Shown here one piece after another: positions 62,424 to 64,000 of a stretch of 64,000 nt of DNA (position 1 is the first letter of the stretch; each line of letters opens with the position of its first letter). Position numbers and translations under genes: made by a program. Under the pieces are notes generated by a model. The model saw only the letters and a program-made list of their open reading frames with translations, had not been told where the DNA came from and did no database searches. Source of the stretch: Raillietiella orientalis (lineage: Eukaryota); NCBI GenBank assembly GCA_036172245.1, contig JAYWIR010000043.1:620001-684000 (forward strand), in the 5' to 3' direction.

Positions 62424-62750
62424 CGATATCAGTGACTCTGATGATTAAAGTTGGGCGTTTCGTAAAAACGGCACACCTAGAACTAAACAGGAGAAATTAT
62501 CTTTTGGGAAAAACATAAACACTCTTCTTTCATAGATCCTTCTTTTTCGCAGCTTCAGCCGCACTCGCGCATCCAAATGTATTTCGAAAACGACCCGACG
62601 GTGTGACATCGGAAAACCGAGGGCACGATTAAGTTAATGACCGTCTTGTAATTACTTTTTGCTTAATACGGAAATAATGAAGAATCCCTCCGTCACTCGA
62701 GGTTCGAGTGAGATGAACATTAAGCATATGGTTTTGACAGGGAAAGGCCA
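62424..62750 (-). promoter_or_regulatory. Probable promoter and non-coding leader exon of TTC21B (or of the whole cluster)
   Basis: Consensus donor G|GTGAGT at 62424/62423, acceptor TTTAG at 62245 just before the ATG, and a local return of CpG dinucleotides at ~62.45-62.8 kb. The outer boundary is approximate. Confidence 0.45.
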
Positions 62751-64000
62751 TCCGTGAGTGCCCAGGTCACTATGAGGCCAACGTCGAAAGACTCGATTTT
62801 AAAGTGCACACAAAGAAACTTCCATGAAACTTCACATTATTTCCAATGTAAAAAAAGGGCAGAGGACCGATTCAGCAAAAAAAAAAGGAATGGTTGCAAG
62901 CGGCCACATGCGGGAAGAATCGTGGCTAAAGGGCCTTGGAAGGAGGGAAAACTCCTCATTTAGCTTGAAACTTGGTATCGAAACGAAATTTTGCTGGGAA
63001 GAAAACAAAAGCTATACCATAGTCCCTTTCGGTTTCAGATGTTACTCGAATAAAGAAAAGTCTCCAATAGAACCTGTGGAGCCAACAGACTTGAGTGCCC
63101 CATAAGGGCGCCGAGTCGTCATCCCCAGAGGGCTGGCAGTTCCACTTCCTGAAGATCCAAGAGCCAACGTTTGCAAAAGGTCTTTTGTGTGTAAACCACG
63201 GCACACAGAACTCAAACATGCAACGAATCATCCCAAGTTACAGATGATGATTCACCATTTTGTATTTCATGGTCCTGACTATGCTCATTACTATGTTACT
63301 CGACGCTATAATGCTATTTATTAGATGATATTGAACTCTACAGAGGTGCTCTTTCGAGGGTTTCCTATAATGTGAGAAAATCAAGTGAATCATCCACTGA
63401 TTTGTAATCAAAGAAGTCTTGATTAATAGTTACTCTGTTCTCCAGAAGCAAGAATTATTCAACGATCAACTGGGAGGTCTGAATTAAAGGCTTCTAATTT
63501 CAACTCAACAATAATCCTTGGAAATTCCAGAAATTGATCTCCAAACATTGATTAATGATCGCTATTTAGTAGCGAACTTCAATGAGCTTGAATGCTTTTG
63601 CTCTGTGACTGTATTCACTAGAGGGAAAAATGCAGATTTTTATTATAAGCTATAGTACAATTTCCCAAGATATGACTAATGAAATTATGGAAAATACAAT
63701 CAAGTAATGAATAATTAGAGTATTTTGGGTGAAAGAATTTTCTGTGTGTGAAAATTAAGACATGTCCTCCCTAGAGTTCCAATGGAATTTAAGATTTTCC
63801 ACCAGAAGACAAGGCAGGGAATCAGCCTGCTAAAAAAGAAGGCAGTGAGGAATCCACTCCTGAGACTCGTTGGTTCTCTGATATAAGCCTCCATCCAGTT
63901 GTCGAGGTGATGGCTTGCTTCATTCTTCCCATGATGGCGTTGTGTCGGTCTTGATGATAGGATGAGTGCCTCGTTCAGTGGTCCAAAATGTGAGACAGGG

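Overview
Eukaryotic nuclear DNA from an invertebrate animal: spliceosomal introns (many only 36-49 nt) and a cytochrome b fragment that reads in the mitochondrial code. It contains: (1) the 3' part of a multi-exon M1-family aminopeptidase N-like gene (+, 4528-18044; the 5' exons are not in the window); (2) a ~206-bp cytochrome b NUMT just downstream; (3) ~34 kb of mostly non-coding DNA with decayed non-LTR retrotransposon and unidentified ORF relics, plus the 3' exons of a probable neuropeptide/peptide-hormone precursor ending in a four-Cys peptide (~30.7-31.2 kb); (4) a tight minus-strand cluster TTC21B/IFT139 - BCAS2/SPF27 - Zwilch (62242 to 52923) with gaps of only 162 and 64 bp. Each gene in the cluster has a splice acceptor 2-5 nt before its ATG, and no usable donor lies in the gap before Zwilch. 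This operon-like arrangement (SL trans-splicing or a shared leader exon) is the most interesting signal. Exon boundaries were read by eye and no database search was run.
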